From the sequence record OR608733.1: a DNA stretch of 64,000 nt, one strand, 5' to 3'. The notes beneath the pieces were generated by a model. That model was not told where the DNA came from. It saw only the letters and a list, made by a program, of their open reading frames with translations, and searched no databases. This document shows positions 17,910 through 26,696 of the stretch, piece after piece. A program made the translations under genes and the position numbers. Numbering within the stretch: the stretch's first letter is position 1; each line of letters begins with the position of its first letter.

Positions 17910-18566
17910 TTAACATACAATTTCATTATCAGAAAATAGTTTATTATATTCTTTTAGTGCATCCCCACCAACCATAGTACACCTGCCATAGAGAACAGAT
18001 ATAGCCAGATCTTTAATAGCGGGGTGACAATTATTTAACTTACTGATTAGTTGAGCTTTCTCAGTCAGATACAGTTCAGCAAAATCAGGCTTATCATTAA
18101 CAATCGACCACATGTTTGAAATGGAATCTAGTAACTTAAGAGATTGACCACTCCATGAAATGCGAGAAAGTCTTTCATGTTGTAAACTAATCCTAGTTTT
18201 ACGATTACCTTCGTAAGTTACATTTGTTAGTTCAGTTACTAAATTAACAACAGGGATTGAGAATAGTTTAGTTAGATCAGAAGCAGTTACAGCAGTATCC
18301 TCAATTACATCATGTAACCATGCTGCTTTATAAGCAGCGTGAGATAGGTCGAATAATTGCGCCATCTCAGCTACTTGTAATAAATGATGCCAGTAAGGTT
18401 TTCCTGAACCATCTCGCAATTGACCAACAGCAGTATGTGCCGCAATGGCATATGATGCAGCCATTGCATTACCCGCATTGGAATATTTGCCATTACCTAG
18501 ATGGTTAGTTAAGAGAATATTCTCTTTCCCTCCTTCTAGAATATCGATAATTTCATTCATTAGCAT
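17910..18566 (-). CDS. RelA/SpoT-family HD hydrolase (small alarmone hydrolase / Mesh1-like)
   Basis: AH..VGQLR..SG.PY..H...V, WLHDVIEDT, LKLLDSISN; no synthetase domain. Confidence 0.85.
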   Translation of the reverse strand: MLMNEIIDILEGGKENILLTNHLGNGKYSNAGNAMAASYAIAAHTAVGQLRDGSGKPYWHHLLQVAEMAQLFDLSHAAYKAAWLHDVIEDTAVTASDLTKLFSIPVVNLVTELTNVTYEGNRKTRISLQHERLSRISWSGQSLKLLDSISNMWSIVNDKPDFAELYLTEKAQLISKLNNCHPAIKDLAISVLYGRCTMVGGDALKEYNKLFSDNEIVC

Positions 18567-18596
18567 AGCTATATTCCTATTTAAATTATTGGAAAC

Positions 18597-19031
18597 CTAA
18601 TATAGGTCTTCACTAAATAAATATTTAGTTACTAATCTATTTTCTAATTCAGCTCGATATAACTGATTATTATTCTTAGCGATAATTACTGCTTCTTCCC
18701 TAGAGTGGAAGTTTTCATACTGATCAATAAAACCTTGTTCATGATCATCTCCTGCATATTCATGCAATACCTTAAGACCACCATACATTAGCTGTTGTTG
18801 AGTCATTATGATTGATGAATGCCTCGCTGCAATGAAATAAACATCCTTCCATCTATTGCAGGCGGCAACTATCCTTAATTTCACATCGGGATGTTGTTCC
18901 CACCACCATAGACCAGTTTCCTCATTCCAATACCTTTCTTTCATTTGAGTTTTTCTAAACTCACCTTGTATGTCTAAAAGTCTAAATGCCTCTTCTTTAG
19001 ACATAGCTTGTAGAATAGGATACTTATCCAT
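18597..19031 (-). CDS. conserved phage protein of unknown function
   Basis: ARH...QGFIDQ...F.SREEA..IA...Q...LFSEDL motif that I recognise from many phage hypothetical proteins. Confidence 0.8.
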   Translation of the reverse strand: MDKYPILQAMSKEEAFRLLDIQGEFRKTQMKERYWNEETGLWWWEQHPDVKLRIVAACNRWKDVYFIAARHSSIIMTQQQLMYGGLKVLHEYAGDDHEQGFIDQYENFHSREEAVIIAKNNNQLYRAELENRLVTKYLFSEDLY

Positions 19032-19060
19032 TTAATACAGATACCTAATTGCGAAATAGA

Positions 19061-19080
19061 AAGAGCCCCGAAGGGCTCTT
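19061..19080 (-). terminator. intrinsic terminator
   Basis: AAGAGCCC-TTCG-GGGCTCTT. Confidence 0.85.
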
Positions 19081-19081
19081 A

Positions 19082-19438
19082 TTATACAAGTAGCTTTTCA
19101 ATAGTGAAGCTTGTCCAGACCATTGCCCTATAACCAACACTCTCTTCAGTATAAGTGATATCATCAAACTTATTAGGTGGCATGAAGCCACGTTGTGCAC
19201 TAGCATTAGTCACAACAAGATTAGAATCTTTTAAAGTTTCATTTAGAGCCTTAAGTTTATCCTTACTAATTGATCCCTTAACATGGAACTTAAAATAAGC
19301 ATTTCCTTTATGATTGATACGACAACTGTCAAGAACAGTTTGTTTATCATTCATTTGACTCATCAGATCACTAATAACTGCATCATCTTCAGGAGTATCG
19401 TCATTGACAATATTGATTAATTCAATATAAGTTGGCAT
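19082..19438 (-). CDS. probable minor capsid/vertex decoration protein (phiKZ gp244-like)
   Basis: Ninth gene after thyA by count (gp235 -> gp244), from recalled phiKZ order; TATG late motif upstream (19468-19471); own terminator. Confidence 0.6.
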   Translation of the reverse strand: MPTYIELINIVNDDTPEDDAVISDLMSQMNDKQTVLDSCRINHKGNAYFKFHVKGSISKDKLKALNETLKDSNLVVTNASAQRGFMPPNKFDDITYTEESVGYRAMVWTSFTIEKLLV

Positions 19439-19495
19439 TCTTTTTGTTTCCTTAATTAGATAAACTACATAAGATAATTTTTAATTGATATTCTA

Positions 19496-20392
19496 TTAAA
19501 TTTTCAATAGGAACCCATTGTGATTAAATGAGATAATACAGTTATGCCCCATCATGACAGTATGATAAGATACTATATTGTCACGTGTATTATTTGAAAT
19601 CTTGTTCACCTTAAATTCATTCATGATAGCATTATGAATGGCTAAGTCTTTTTCTCGATACTGATTTGAAAAAATAATAACAGCAGGGTTAATATTGATA
19701 GTATCCATTGCATTAAGAAAATATTCAACATCAAACTTTTTAATAGTTTCAGATTTTCCAACACAACATTCGGTTTTATCAATTAATGAAAAACCAATAG
19801 TCCTAATTGGTTCATCCTTATTATGGAAGCTATAATTGGTAATGCTCATACCTATCAATAGTCCATTTTTATCTACATTAACTACTTTAGAATCAGTGTA
19901 CTTATAAATATCACTGATTGCATAACCAGCCGAATACAATACATCTTTAAAATGACTAGTTACTTTATCAATAATAAAGTTTTGATAATCTGATTGATAT
20001 AGTTTATCACTATATTCAAGCTTTTTGATAATATCACTTAGTTCATGATACACGTTGGTAAAACTATTCGAAAAATAATTATCTTTTATTCCTAACCTAG
20101 TTAACAGATCTAGCTGGATTTCTTTTTTAGATAGTTTCGTAGAATTACTAAGTTTTTCAATGACGGATGTAATTGTACGTAGATCAATTGCTAGTGAAAG
20201 TGATTTAAAGATATTATTAATTGGTGTATCAGATAGCTTTGAAATAGCTATTAGTAGATTATCTAATTCATCATTAGTAATTTTCAGTTCTTTCACAATA
20301 TCATTATATTCAATTAGTTTACCATCAATAATATTACAGATTAAAAGTTTATGTAATTCTTTAATAGTGGTATTAACTTGTAGATTATTCAT
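19496..20392 (-). CDS. hypothetical protein (very AT-rich)
   Basis: 298-aa ORF, AAGG RBS. Confidence 0.8.
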
Positions 20393-20412
20393 TTTTTTAC
20401 CTTTTAGTTAAT

Positions 20413-20850
20413 TTAAAATTTATTTACAGCTCTAAGAAAATATTCAGATGGATCGTCGAAGAAGACAATACTATCAACAACACTATTTTGTCGAGTACAC
20501 CTTACTTTGATAAGATTATATTCTCTGAATTTATTAAGACCCCAAGCTTCTTTAGCACGATGGCGTAATCCACTACCAACAATAGCCCCATACCTAGTTT
20601 GTTCAACAAATAAATAAACATCCCAGCCATGATGATTATCATGGTATTTTGCGTAGTATTTATTGTCTTTAGTTTTGTTTAAACTAAGACTATACCTTTC
20701 TGTCTGTAGTTGATTAATATTCGATTTAATCATTTCATTTAATTTGGGTTCCACTGTATGAATGACATCGCCAGCAGTAGTGGCCATTACCTTTAGTTTG
20801 TGATGCACGTTCGTAAGAACGTCCTCCCAAATGTTAGTAACTACGTCCAT
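20413..20850 (-). CDS. hypothetical early protein (gp242-like by synteny)
   Basis: 145-aa ORF after the promoter at 20896. Confidence 0.8.
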   Translation of the reverse strand: MDVVTNIWEDVLTNVHHKLKVMATTAGDVIHTVEPKLNEMIKSNINQLQTERYSLSLNKTKDNKYYAKYHDNHHGWDVYLFVEQTRYGAIVGSGLRHRAKEAWGLNKFREYNLIKVRCTRQNSVVDSIVFFDDPSEYFLRAVNKF

Positions 20851-20895
20851 CTATTAAAACCTCGACACATTAATTTGATTTTGTAATACACACAT

Positions 20896-20927
20896 GTAAT
20901 ATATATCTCAAATAAAATTTAGTGCAA
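20896..20927 (-). promoter_or_regulatory. phiKZ-type early promoter
   Basis: TTGCAC-N18-TATATTAC. Confidence 0.85.
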
Positions 20928-20949
20928 TAGCCCTCCCCGAAGGGAGGGC
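20905..20949. repeat. 45-bp exact direct repeat (terminator plus promoter upstream region), copy 1
   Basis: atctcaaataaaatttagtgcaatagccctccccgaagggagggc also at 36028-36072. Confidence 0.9.
20930..20949 (-). terminator. intrinsic terminator
   Basis: GCCCTCCC-TTCG-GGGAGGGC. Confidence 0.85.
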
Positions 20950-20961
20950 CATATGCTCTTA

Positions 20962-21291
20962 TTATCGATTAACTACACGATAATTATCAATAATAAACTC
21001 GATGTACTGCTCGACATCATGTAAGAAGCAGTTGTAACTATACCGATCAAGTTTATTTAAAGCTTCAGTTAGAACTGGTTCGATATAGATATTTATTTCA
21101 GCTATTGATGGAATCTCAACATACTTATTTTCATATTCGGTAAGCTGCTCCTTTACCTTAGCCATTTGCTTTTTGTAAATGTATTCCATCGACCATTCTT
21201 TATAAATGGAGCGTGCCCCATCAAAGAGATGGTAACCAAATGCGATGCCACCTAGTACCAGAACACCAGTGGAAATAGTTGACACATTCAT
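20962..21291 (-). CDS. monocistronic early membrane-anchored protein (phiKZ gp241-like by synteny)
   Basis: N-terminal hydrophobic GVLVLGGIAFGYHLF; own early promoter and terminator; sixth gene after thyA. Confidence 0.7.
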   Translation of the reverse strand: MNVSTISTGVLVLGGIAFGYHLFDGARSIYKEWSMEYIYKKQMAKVKEQLTEYENKYVEIPSIAEINIYIEPVLTEALNKLDRYSYNCFLHDVEQYIEFIIDNYRVVNR

Positions 21292-21327
21292 GATATATCT
21301 CCTTTTTTCAAGATTGAATTCATATTA

Positions 21328-21359
21328 GTAATATACTGTTTAAATATGTTTGAATACAA
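21328..21359 (-). promoter_or_regulatory. phiKZ-type early promoter
   Basis: TTGTAT-N18-TATATTAC. Confidence 0.85.
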
Positions 21360-21374
21360 AAAAAAACACAATAT

Positions 21375-21400
21375 AAAGGCCTCCCCGAAGGGAGGCCTTT
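21375..21400 (-). terminator. intrinsic terminator
   Basis: AAAGGCCTCCC-TTCG-GGGAGGCCTTT. Confidence 0.85.
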
Positions 21401-21423
21401 ATGGTAACTTTGTAAAAGACTTA

Positions 21424-21906
21424 TTATAGTTGAAAGTCTTTATCTTCTTCAATGATTTCATAACCTGGTAAATTAACTATATTTTTATTTAAACGGACTC
21501 GTTCATCTACTATGTATTTAACTACTTTAAGTAATTGACTTATCGACAGGTCATTATTTTCATCAGTATCTGATTTAAAAATACGACCACTGGTAGGTGA
21601 AGCATTCGTAAAACAAATACCTTCATTATCTTTATAAATATCATAATACCATACGACATATGGATTATTGGTATTACTTATGACAAATACTAAAAACAGA
21701 TCTTCATCATCACCTTGACCACTCAGGATCCCGATATTTTTTCGATGCGTTATACCACCTGTAATAACTAGGCCGTTGACATCATCACTGAATTTAAATA
21801 TATCATACCCACCTTCAAGTTTACCATTTTCAAAATACTGTAATAGCGCACCACCTACTACAGCACCCCATGAAAAGAAGTTATCTTTATTTAAATGCTC
21901 AACCAT
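21424..21906 (-). CDS. hypothetical protein
   Basis: Start moved to ATG 21906 (GAGG RBS). Confidence 0.75.
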   Translation of the reverse strand: MVEHLNKDNFFSWGAVVGGALLQYFENGKLEGGYDIFKFSDDVNGLVITGGITHRKNIGILSGQGDDEDLFLVFVISNTNNPYVVWYYDIYKDNEGICFTNASPTSGRIFKSDTDENNDLSISQLLKVVKYIVDERVRLNKNIVNLPGYEIIEEDKDFQL

Positions 21907-22047
21907 CTTAAAAATCCTCTTTAGGTTCAGTGATCCGAGAATAAAGAACAAACATATCAGTTAGGATATTTCTATCTAGAATGGTACGTGTAAGTAAGAT
22001 TCCATATTGAAATATACCTGTAGTATACAAATTATAAAACAACATAA

Positions 22048-22076
22048 AAAGAGAGAGGATAAATTCCTCTCTCTTT
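22048..22076 (-). terminator. intrinsic terminator
   Basis: AAAGAGAGAGG/CCTCTCTCTTT stem. Confidence 0.75.
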
Positions 22077-22092
22077 ATGCAACTAAATAGTT

Positions 22093-22215
22093 TTATTCTT
22101 TTTGCTTTTCTTTAGCTTCACGTTTAGCTTTGAGTTCTGCATTATTAAGCCGCCAAGCAGCTTGCATAGTAGCTAGATTGACAAACTTAGGCTGTTGCTT
22201 ATTTTTAACTTTCAT
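22093..22215 (-). CDS. 40-aa basic peptide (not in ORF track)
   Basis: Hand-translated MKVKNKQQPKFVNLATMQAAWRLNNAELKAKREAKEKQKE; terminator follows. Confidence 0.6.
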   Translation of the reverse strand: MKVKNKQQPKFVNLATMQAAWRLNNAELKAKREAKEKQKE

Positions 22216-22286
22216 TTGCTAATTCCAAATTTATTTCAAATGGTTAATCTAAACTATTAAATTGCTTCATATTCTTCATGCATAAT

Positions 22287-22580
22287 TTAATCCTCAGTCA
22301 GCGTAGTATAATCTACATAAAGATCATTGAGTTGCTCTTTTAATGAAATATTTATTTTTAATTCATTAAGAGTAATCCTATTCCAATGTTTACGCGGATT
22401 ACCACATAGCATACAACGAGACCTACCGCAGTTAAACGGATTATGTTTACGCCATTTACCTTTAGCCTTTACTGAAGGATTAGTGTCATTATAAAGACTC
22501 GCGGCTAGTGAAACATAATAATTAACTATACGAGTATTGTGATGACGATTAAGTTGTACAGTTAGTTTGTTGCTTGACAT
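22287..22580 (-). CDS. small basic protein with putative Zn-binding motif
   Basis: KHNPFNCGRSRCMLCGNPRK; start moved to ATG 22580 (AGGTGGAG RBS). Confidence 0.75.
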   Translation of the reverse strand: MSSNKLTVQLNRHHNTRIVNYYVSLAASLYNDTNPSVKAKGKWRKHNPFNCGRSRCMLCGNPRKHWNRITLNELKINISLKEQLNDLYVDYTTLTED

Positions 22581-22679
22581 ATTTATACTCCACCTTAATA
22601 CCCCTACCCCAATATGGAGTAGGGTAAAGTATGTAGTAGAGTAAATTGAATACATTAACTTTTAACATTCTAAACTTCA

Positions 22680-23180
22680 TTAATTTTCCACAATATCCTG
22701 GATGGTAAGTAGACGTTCACGCATCGCCAGTAAGTAATTACGATTAGGCATCCAGCCAGCCCAAAAAGGTCGCATGTTTAACCTATTAGTAACCTCTTCT
22801 AAAAATTCTTTATACTTATAAAGATTAATAGTGAATTTATTACAATCTGGATCAGTAGTAGTTGGGATAATATAATTACGAATAACGTAGTCAAGATGAA
22901 TATTACCGATAGGTTCAACTAAAGTATAAGGATTATCATCAATGAATTTCTGTGCTTCTTTTTCTCTTAGGGCGAAATCTTCTCGTTCAACGATTTCATG
23001 AAGTAGTGGCCCTAAGAACTGCATTGGAATCACACCATACGTTTTAGTGAACTTCTTAATATCCTTATACATTACTTCTGGATTAGGATATACCTCACGA
23101 GTCCGACCAATATTTTTAACTAGATATAGTTTTTCTTTTACTAAGATATTTTCGATGCATAGTTCATCTTTAAATAGCAT
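22680..23180 (-). CDS. hypothetical protein
   Basis: 166-aa ORF. Confidence 0.8.
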   Translation of the reverse strand: MLFKDELCIENILVKEKLYLVKNIGRTREVYPNPEVMYKDIKKFTKTYGVIPMQFLGPLLHEIVEREDFALREKEAQKFIDDNPYTLVEPIGNIHLDYVIRNYIIPTTTDPDCNKFTINLYKYKEFLEEVTNRLNMRPFWAGWMPNRNYLLAMRERLLTIQDIVEN

Positions 23181-23229
23181 AAAATATTTTCCTTTTAATA
23201 AGATGGTATTAAACTTTTTTCTTTATTGA

Positions 23230-24063
23230 CTAATATTTTCTTCGTTCGATGCCCTGTAGTTTCGCGAATGTGTCGATCTTGTACTGGTCAACAAAATGCC
23301 AGGCTAGATCGGTAAGTGCATAGATGTCCGGACGTTCGTATTTACCGAAGTCTGGTTTCTCACGACTCAATTGAAAATCGATGAACTGATCTAATATAGG
23401 GCAACGATCTATCAGATCCTGTTCAGTAGCCCCAACCTTATCATTAACCAGTTCTTGGATACGTTTATAAAGGATAGGATCTGTTAGAAGAGGCAGTAGA
23501 TCATGGAATACCATCGGTGGATGTTCCAGACTTTCACGGACCCACATTGCAGCCAACAGAGGACGAAGAGAATAGAAGTATTTCTTCATCCGGACCTTCT
23601 CATCTGACAACCAACGCATTTTGTTTTGTTTGGCCATCGAGATATAATGCATGTAACTCGATTCAGGGATGAAGTGCTTTAGCGCAGCATCACGGATTAA
23701 CTTGTAGTCCCGATCAACCTTACGGTAAACGATTGGGGAGTTTAGCCATTCCAAGAGAGTGGGATTAGACTTGTAAGCAAGCTGAAGAGTCTTAGTGATA
23801 CTCCAACCAGCTAGGTCTAGTTCTTTAGACACCATCTCTTCAATAGTATCACGTGCTTCATTATCCACACGAACATAATGACTCGGATGGTTAACGTAAA
23901 TGAAACGAACGTCATAGTCACTATTGGTTGAAGCAAAGCCCCATCCACGACTACCGGACTCACAAGCATAAATAATCTTTACACCATATTTCTTTTCGAT
24001 ACGGTCTAGTTCTACATTAATCGTTACCCGCATCTCATCGTTAACTGGATGACGTTGATCCAT
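23230..24063 (-). CDS. Pol-beta-superfamily nucleotidyltransferase (RlaP/YcgL-like)
   Basis: IIYACESGSRGWGFAS..SDYDVRFIY; DLAGW...K...L..KSNPTLLEWL.SP.VY. Confidence 0.85.
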   Translation of the reverse strand: MDQRHPVNDEMRVTINVELDRIEKKYGVKIIYACESGSRGWGFASTNSDYDVRFIYVNHPSHYVRVDNEARDTIEEMVSKELDLAGWSITKTLQLAYKSNPTLLEWLNSPIVYRKVDRDYKLIRDAALKHFIPESSYMHYISMAKQNKMRWLSDEKVRMKKYFYSLRPLLAAMWVRESLEHPPMVFHDLLPLLTDPILYKRIQELVNDKVGATEQDLIDRCPILDQFIDFQLSREKPDFGKYERPDIYALTDLAWHFVDQYKIDTFAKLQGIERRKY

Positions 24064-24470
24064 TATCCACCAACCTTTTCAAATTTGAGTTTTTCTTCTT
24101 TACCTGTGTCCAGATACATGAACATCGATGTACCCAGCAAGTTGTATACAAACCAACCTTTGCTCACAAGTTCCTCTTCGAATTTCAGTGGTGCCGATAG
24201 TTCGCATATAGCCTCGTACGGGATGACAATAGGCTCTTTCTCGGGCTTAGTAAGAATCAGTGCATGATCTGCAAGCTTCAACCATTGCTTGCGACTACTG
24301 ATACCAAGACCAATACTAAACTCTTCACCTGGATCTTTTCCGTTAAAAAGGCTACAGCGAGTTTCTTTGGTTACTCTATTACCGGCGATACCGATCGTGA
24401 GAGGATCAGGAAAGACCCCCATCAGTTCAATAACCATTTCAAGTTGACGCTTCAGTTCAGTGTTGTTCAT
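24063..24470 (-). CDS. hypothetical protein
   Basis: 135-aa ORF coupled to the nucleotidyltransferase start. Confidence 0.8.
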   Translation of the reverse strand: MNNTELKRQLEMVIELMGVFPDPLTIGIAGNRVTKETRCSLFNGKDPGEEFSIGLGISSRKQWLKLADHALILTKPEKEPIVIPYEAICELSAPLKFEEELVSKGWFVYNLLGTSMFMYLDTGKEEKLKFEKVGG

Positions 24471-24578
24471 AGGACAAATTCCTTTGTATTGTATTTACGT
24501 ACTACATCGGTCCACTAGGCAGGAGTCTGTGCATAGTAGTATTCGCTGAATATCCCAAATGAACCATAGGGAAATAAA

Positions 24579-24596
24579 GCCTCCCCAAAGGGAGGC
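24579..24596 (-). terminator. intrinsic terminator after thyA
   Basis: GCCTCCC/GGGAGGC stem followed by TTT. Confidence 0.8.
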
Positions 24597-24603
24597 ATTT
24601 ATG

Positions 24604-26070
24604 TTAGACAGCAACTTTACCAGCAATGTGTGAATGATATTCGTAGTTTTCGATAACAAAATCATCTACACCAATTTCCCGAATATCTTTACCAATAGCT
24701 TCTTGTTTGAAACGAATAGTTGGTAGAACCTTCGGTTCACGAGTTAATTGAAGATCAGTCTGTTCTTGGTGATTAGAGTAAATATGTACATCACCACCAG
24801 TCCAGATAAACTCTTCAGCAATCATATTCATTTGGTTAGCTAACATGTGAGTCAGCAGACTATAGAACGTGATGTTAAAGGGTTTTCCTAAGAAAGTATC
24901 ACAAGATCTTTGATAGAGTTGACAACTGATGGCTCGTTTCGGAGCACCATGTTGATCCAGCCATTCTACTACTGCTTCATCTGTAGCCTTTTCATAACCA
25001 CGACAGACACGCAGAAGTGCTTTAACCTGCTCAGCACTATCGAATGGAGGTTGACCACGAGTAATCTCACCACTAATCTTATCATGATAAGCATCAGCTT
25101 CGAACTGGGTTTGGTCTAGAGCTTGCACTCGTTCATCTACGGTCAGTTCACGGGTCCAGAACTGAATAAATGCGTGGCAAGGTGGGAGTGCCTGCTCATC
25201 AATAAGATGTGGCGCCCATGCACAAACAATGATCCGACGAGAATCCGGGTTGGTGCGAAGTTGATCGATGATGTCTTGGATTTGGTCGATACGTCGAGTA
25301 ACCACGCATCTATCGGTTTCCATGGTTGTACCTGGGATATCCGCCACGAAGTCAAAACCACGCTTCTCATAATCAAACCACTCATATTTAGGGATTACAC
25401 GAGTGTCTTCAAGATTACGCCATGTCTTACCGTAAACAGCACCTAGATCGCCGCCGACCAGACGCTCTGGTTCTTTATGCATCAAAGCACGATACAGTCG
25501 CTTGTTATATTCAGCACGAATACCTTCAGGATTTTTGGCTTCATCGAACCCTTCAGTAGCGAACCTATTCCACGACGTTACGCTAACTCCAATGATGTAT
25601 TGGATTTCCTCACGGTTAACTGGATATTCATCCCAGAAGGCCTGAATAGTCTCTGGAGTCATACCCGACTCGAATTCCGCTACAGTCTCAATGAATGGAG
25701 TAGAGTCATCGTTCATACAATGTAAGTACATTACGAATGGGGCACCAATGAGGGCAGTTACTGCTTTAAGAACGGCCTCATCGGTCATCGGCTCATATAC
25801 TGCGGTTTCAGGTTTAACCCACTCGTTCCAGATGCGTACACCATTAGCGATCAGGTAATCCACCTTAGTATCACCTGACAGCATCCAGAACAATTCATGA
25901 ATTACAGAAGCTAGATGAATCTTCTTGGTGGTTACAACTGGTAGCCGATTATTACGCAGACTATAACGTTCTTGTTGACCAAACATGCTCTGAGTACCAG
26001 TACCAGTACGGTCACCTTTATGTACACCGTGTTCTTTAACTAAACGGATTGAATTAAGATATTGTTCCAT
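24604..26070 (-). CDS. thyA: thymidylate synthase with large insertions
   Basis: DRTGTGT, TTKKIH...ELFW, DLGAVYG..WR, DQI, SRR, ALPPCH, LYQRSCD..LG.PFN, GDVHIYSNH. Confidence 0.95.
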   Translation of the reverse strand: MEQYLNSIRLVKEHGVHKGDRTGTGTQSMFGQQERYSLRNNRLPVVTTKKIHLASVIHELFWMLSGDTKVDYLIANGVRIWNEWVKPETAVYEPMTDEAVLKAVTALIGAPFVMYLHCMNDDSTPFIETVAEFESGMTPETIQAFWDEYPVNREEIQYIIGVSVTSWNRFATEGFDEAKNPEGIRAEYNKRLYRALMHKEPERLVGGDLGAVYGKTWRNLEDTRVIPKYEWFDYEKRGFDFVADIPGTTMETDRCVVTRRIDQIQDIIDQLRTNPDSRRIIVCAWAPHLIDEQALPPCHAFIQFWTRELTVDERVQALDQTQFEADAYHDKISGEITRGQPPFDSAEQVKALLRVCRGYEKATDEAVVEWLDQHGAPKRAISCQLYQRSCDTFLGKPFNITFYSLLTHMLANQMNMIAEEFIWTGGDVHIYSNHQEQTDLQLTREPKVLPTIRFKQEAIGKDIREIGVDDFVIENYEYHSHIAGKVAV

Positions 26071-26270
26071 TACTTGATCCTCGGATTGTCTACTAGTCCA
26101 CAGTTGAACCAGAGATGTTTATCATGGCGGCGATCATCACTAATAGATACGATCGTACCCTTACCATCTTTAAAGTTAATAATCAATGCCCGAACTCGGC
26201 CATGGGAGAGAGCATTGAAAATTTTGTACGACTTTACACTGAATGCGATTCTTTCATCAAGACGATCCAT
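26070..26270 (-). CDS. hypothetical protein
   Basis: 66-aa ORF coupled to the thyA start. Confidence 0.75.
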   Translation of the reverse strand: MDRLDERIAFSVKSYKIFNALSHGRVRALIINFKDGKGTIVSISDDRRHDKHLWFNCGLVDNPRIK

Positions 26271-26297
26271 ACTTCATTCCTCTAACCTTACTGGTAA

Positions 26298-26591
26298 TCA
26301 TAGATCAACCTCTATCCGTTTGTATTTGATATTAACTGGAATACCTAATTCATTTTTTACAAGATTAAATGAGTTTTTCGATGGAGTGTATGTAGCAACT
26401 ATAACGGCTTGACTATCAACTACAGCTACATCTCGCCATTCCATGTGCATGTTATCGAAATCATCTTTACCCATGATCAAGTAATAAGACGTATCATTAT
26501 GCGTAATGGTATTTTCAAACGGTCTAATTACAAAAGCACTTAAACTAGACGGTATACGGTGTCCTACTTGTTCAAGTGTAACTGTATACAT
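26298..26591 (-). CDS. hypothetical protein
   Basis: 97-aa ORF, GGAGG RBS. Confidence 0.8.
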   Translation of the reverse strand: MYTVTLEQVGHRIPSSLSAFVIRPFENTITHNDTSYYLIMGKDDFDNMHMEWRDVAVVDSQAVIVATYTPSKNSFNLVKNELGIPVNIKYKRIEVDL

Positions 26592-26612
26592 AAAACCTCC
26601 TAGACGATATAC

Positions 26613-26632
26613 GGGAGTCCCGAAGGACTCCC
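26613..26632 (-). terminator. intrinsic terminator or hairpin
   Basis: GGGAGTCC-TTCG-GGACTCCC; U-tract weak. Confidence 0.65.
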
Positions 26633-26696
26633 TAAGCGCAACTAACCAATCGGCTAGTATCTTACCTATATTATTAGTCTATAAGAAGTATTTTTA

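Noticed and set aside
25143-25385. Alternative-frame - strand ORFs inside thyA, and similar ones inside the ATPase (41850) and 54243 gene (54368)
   Set aside because: Out-of-frame overlaps within continuous conserved CDSs; no RBS
24604-26070. Intron or intein in thyA, or a dCMP hydroxymethylase identity
   Set aside because: Frame is continuous, no intein C/S...HN termini, and the Asn in PFN indicates dUMP specificity
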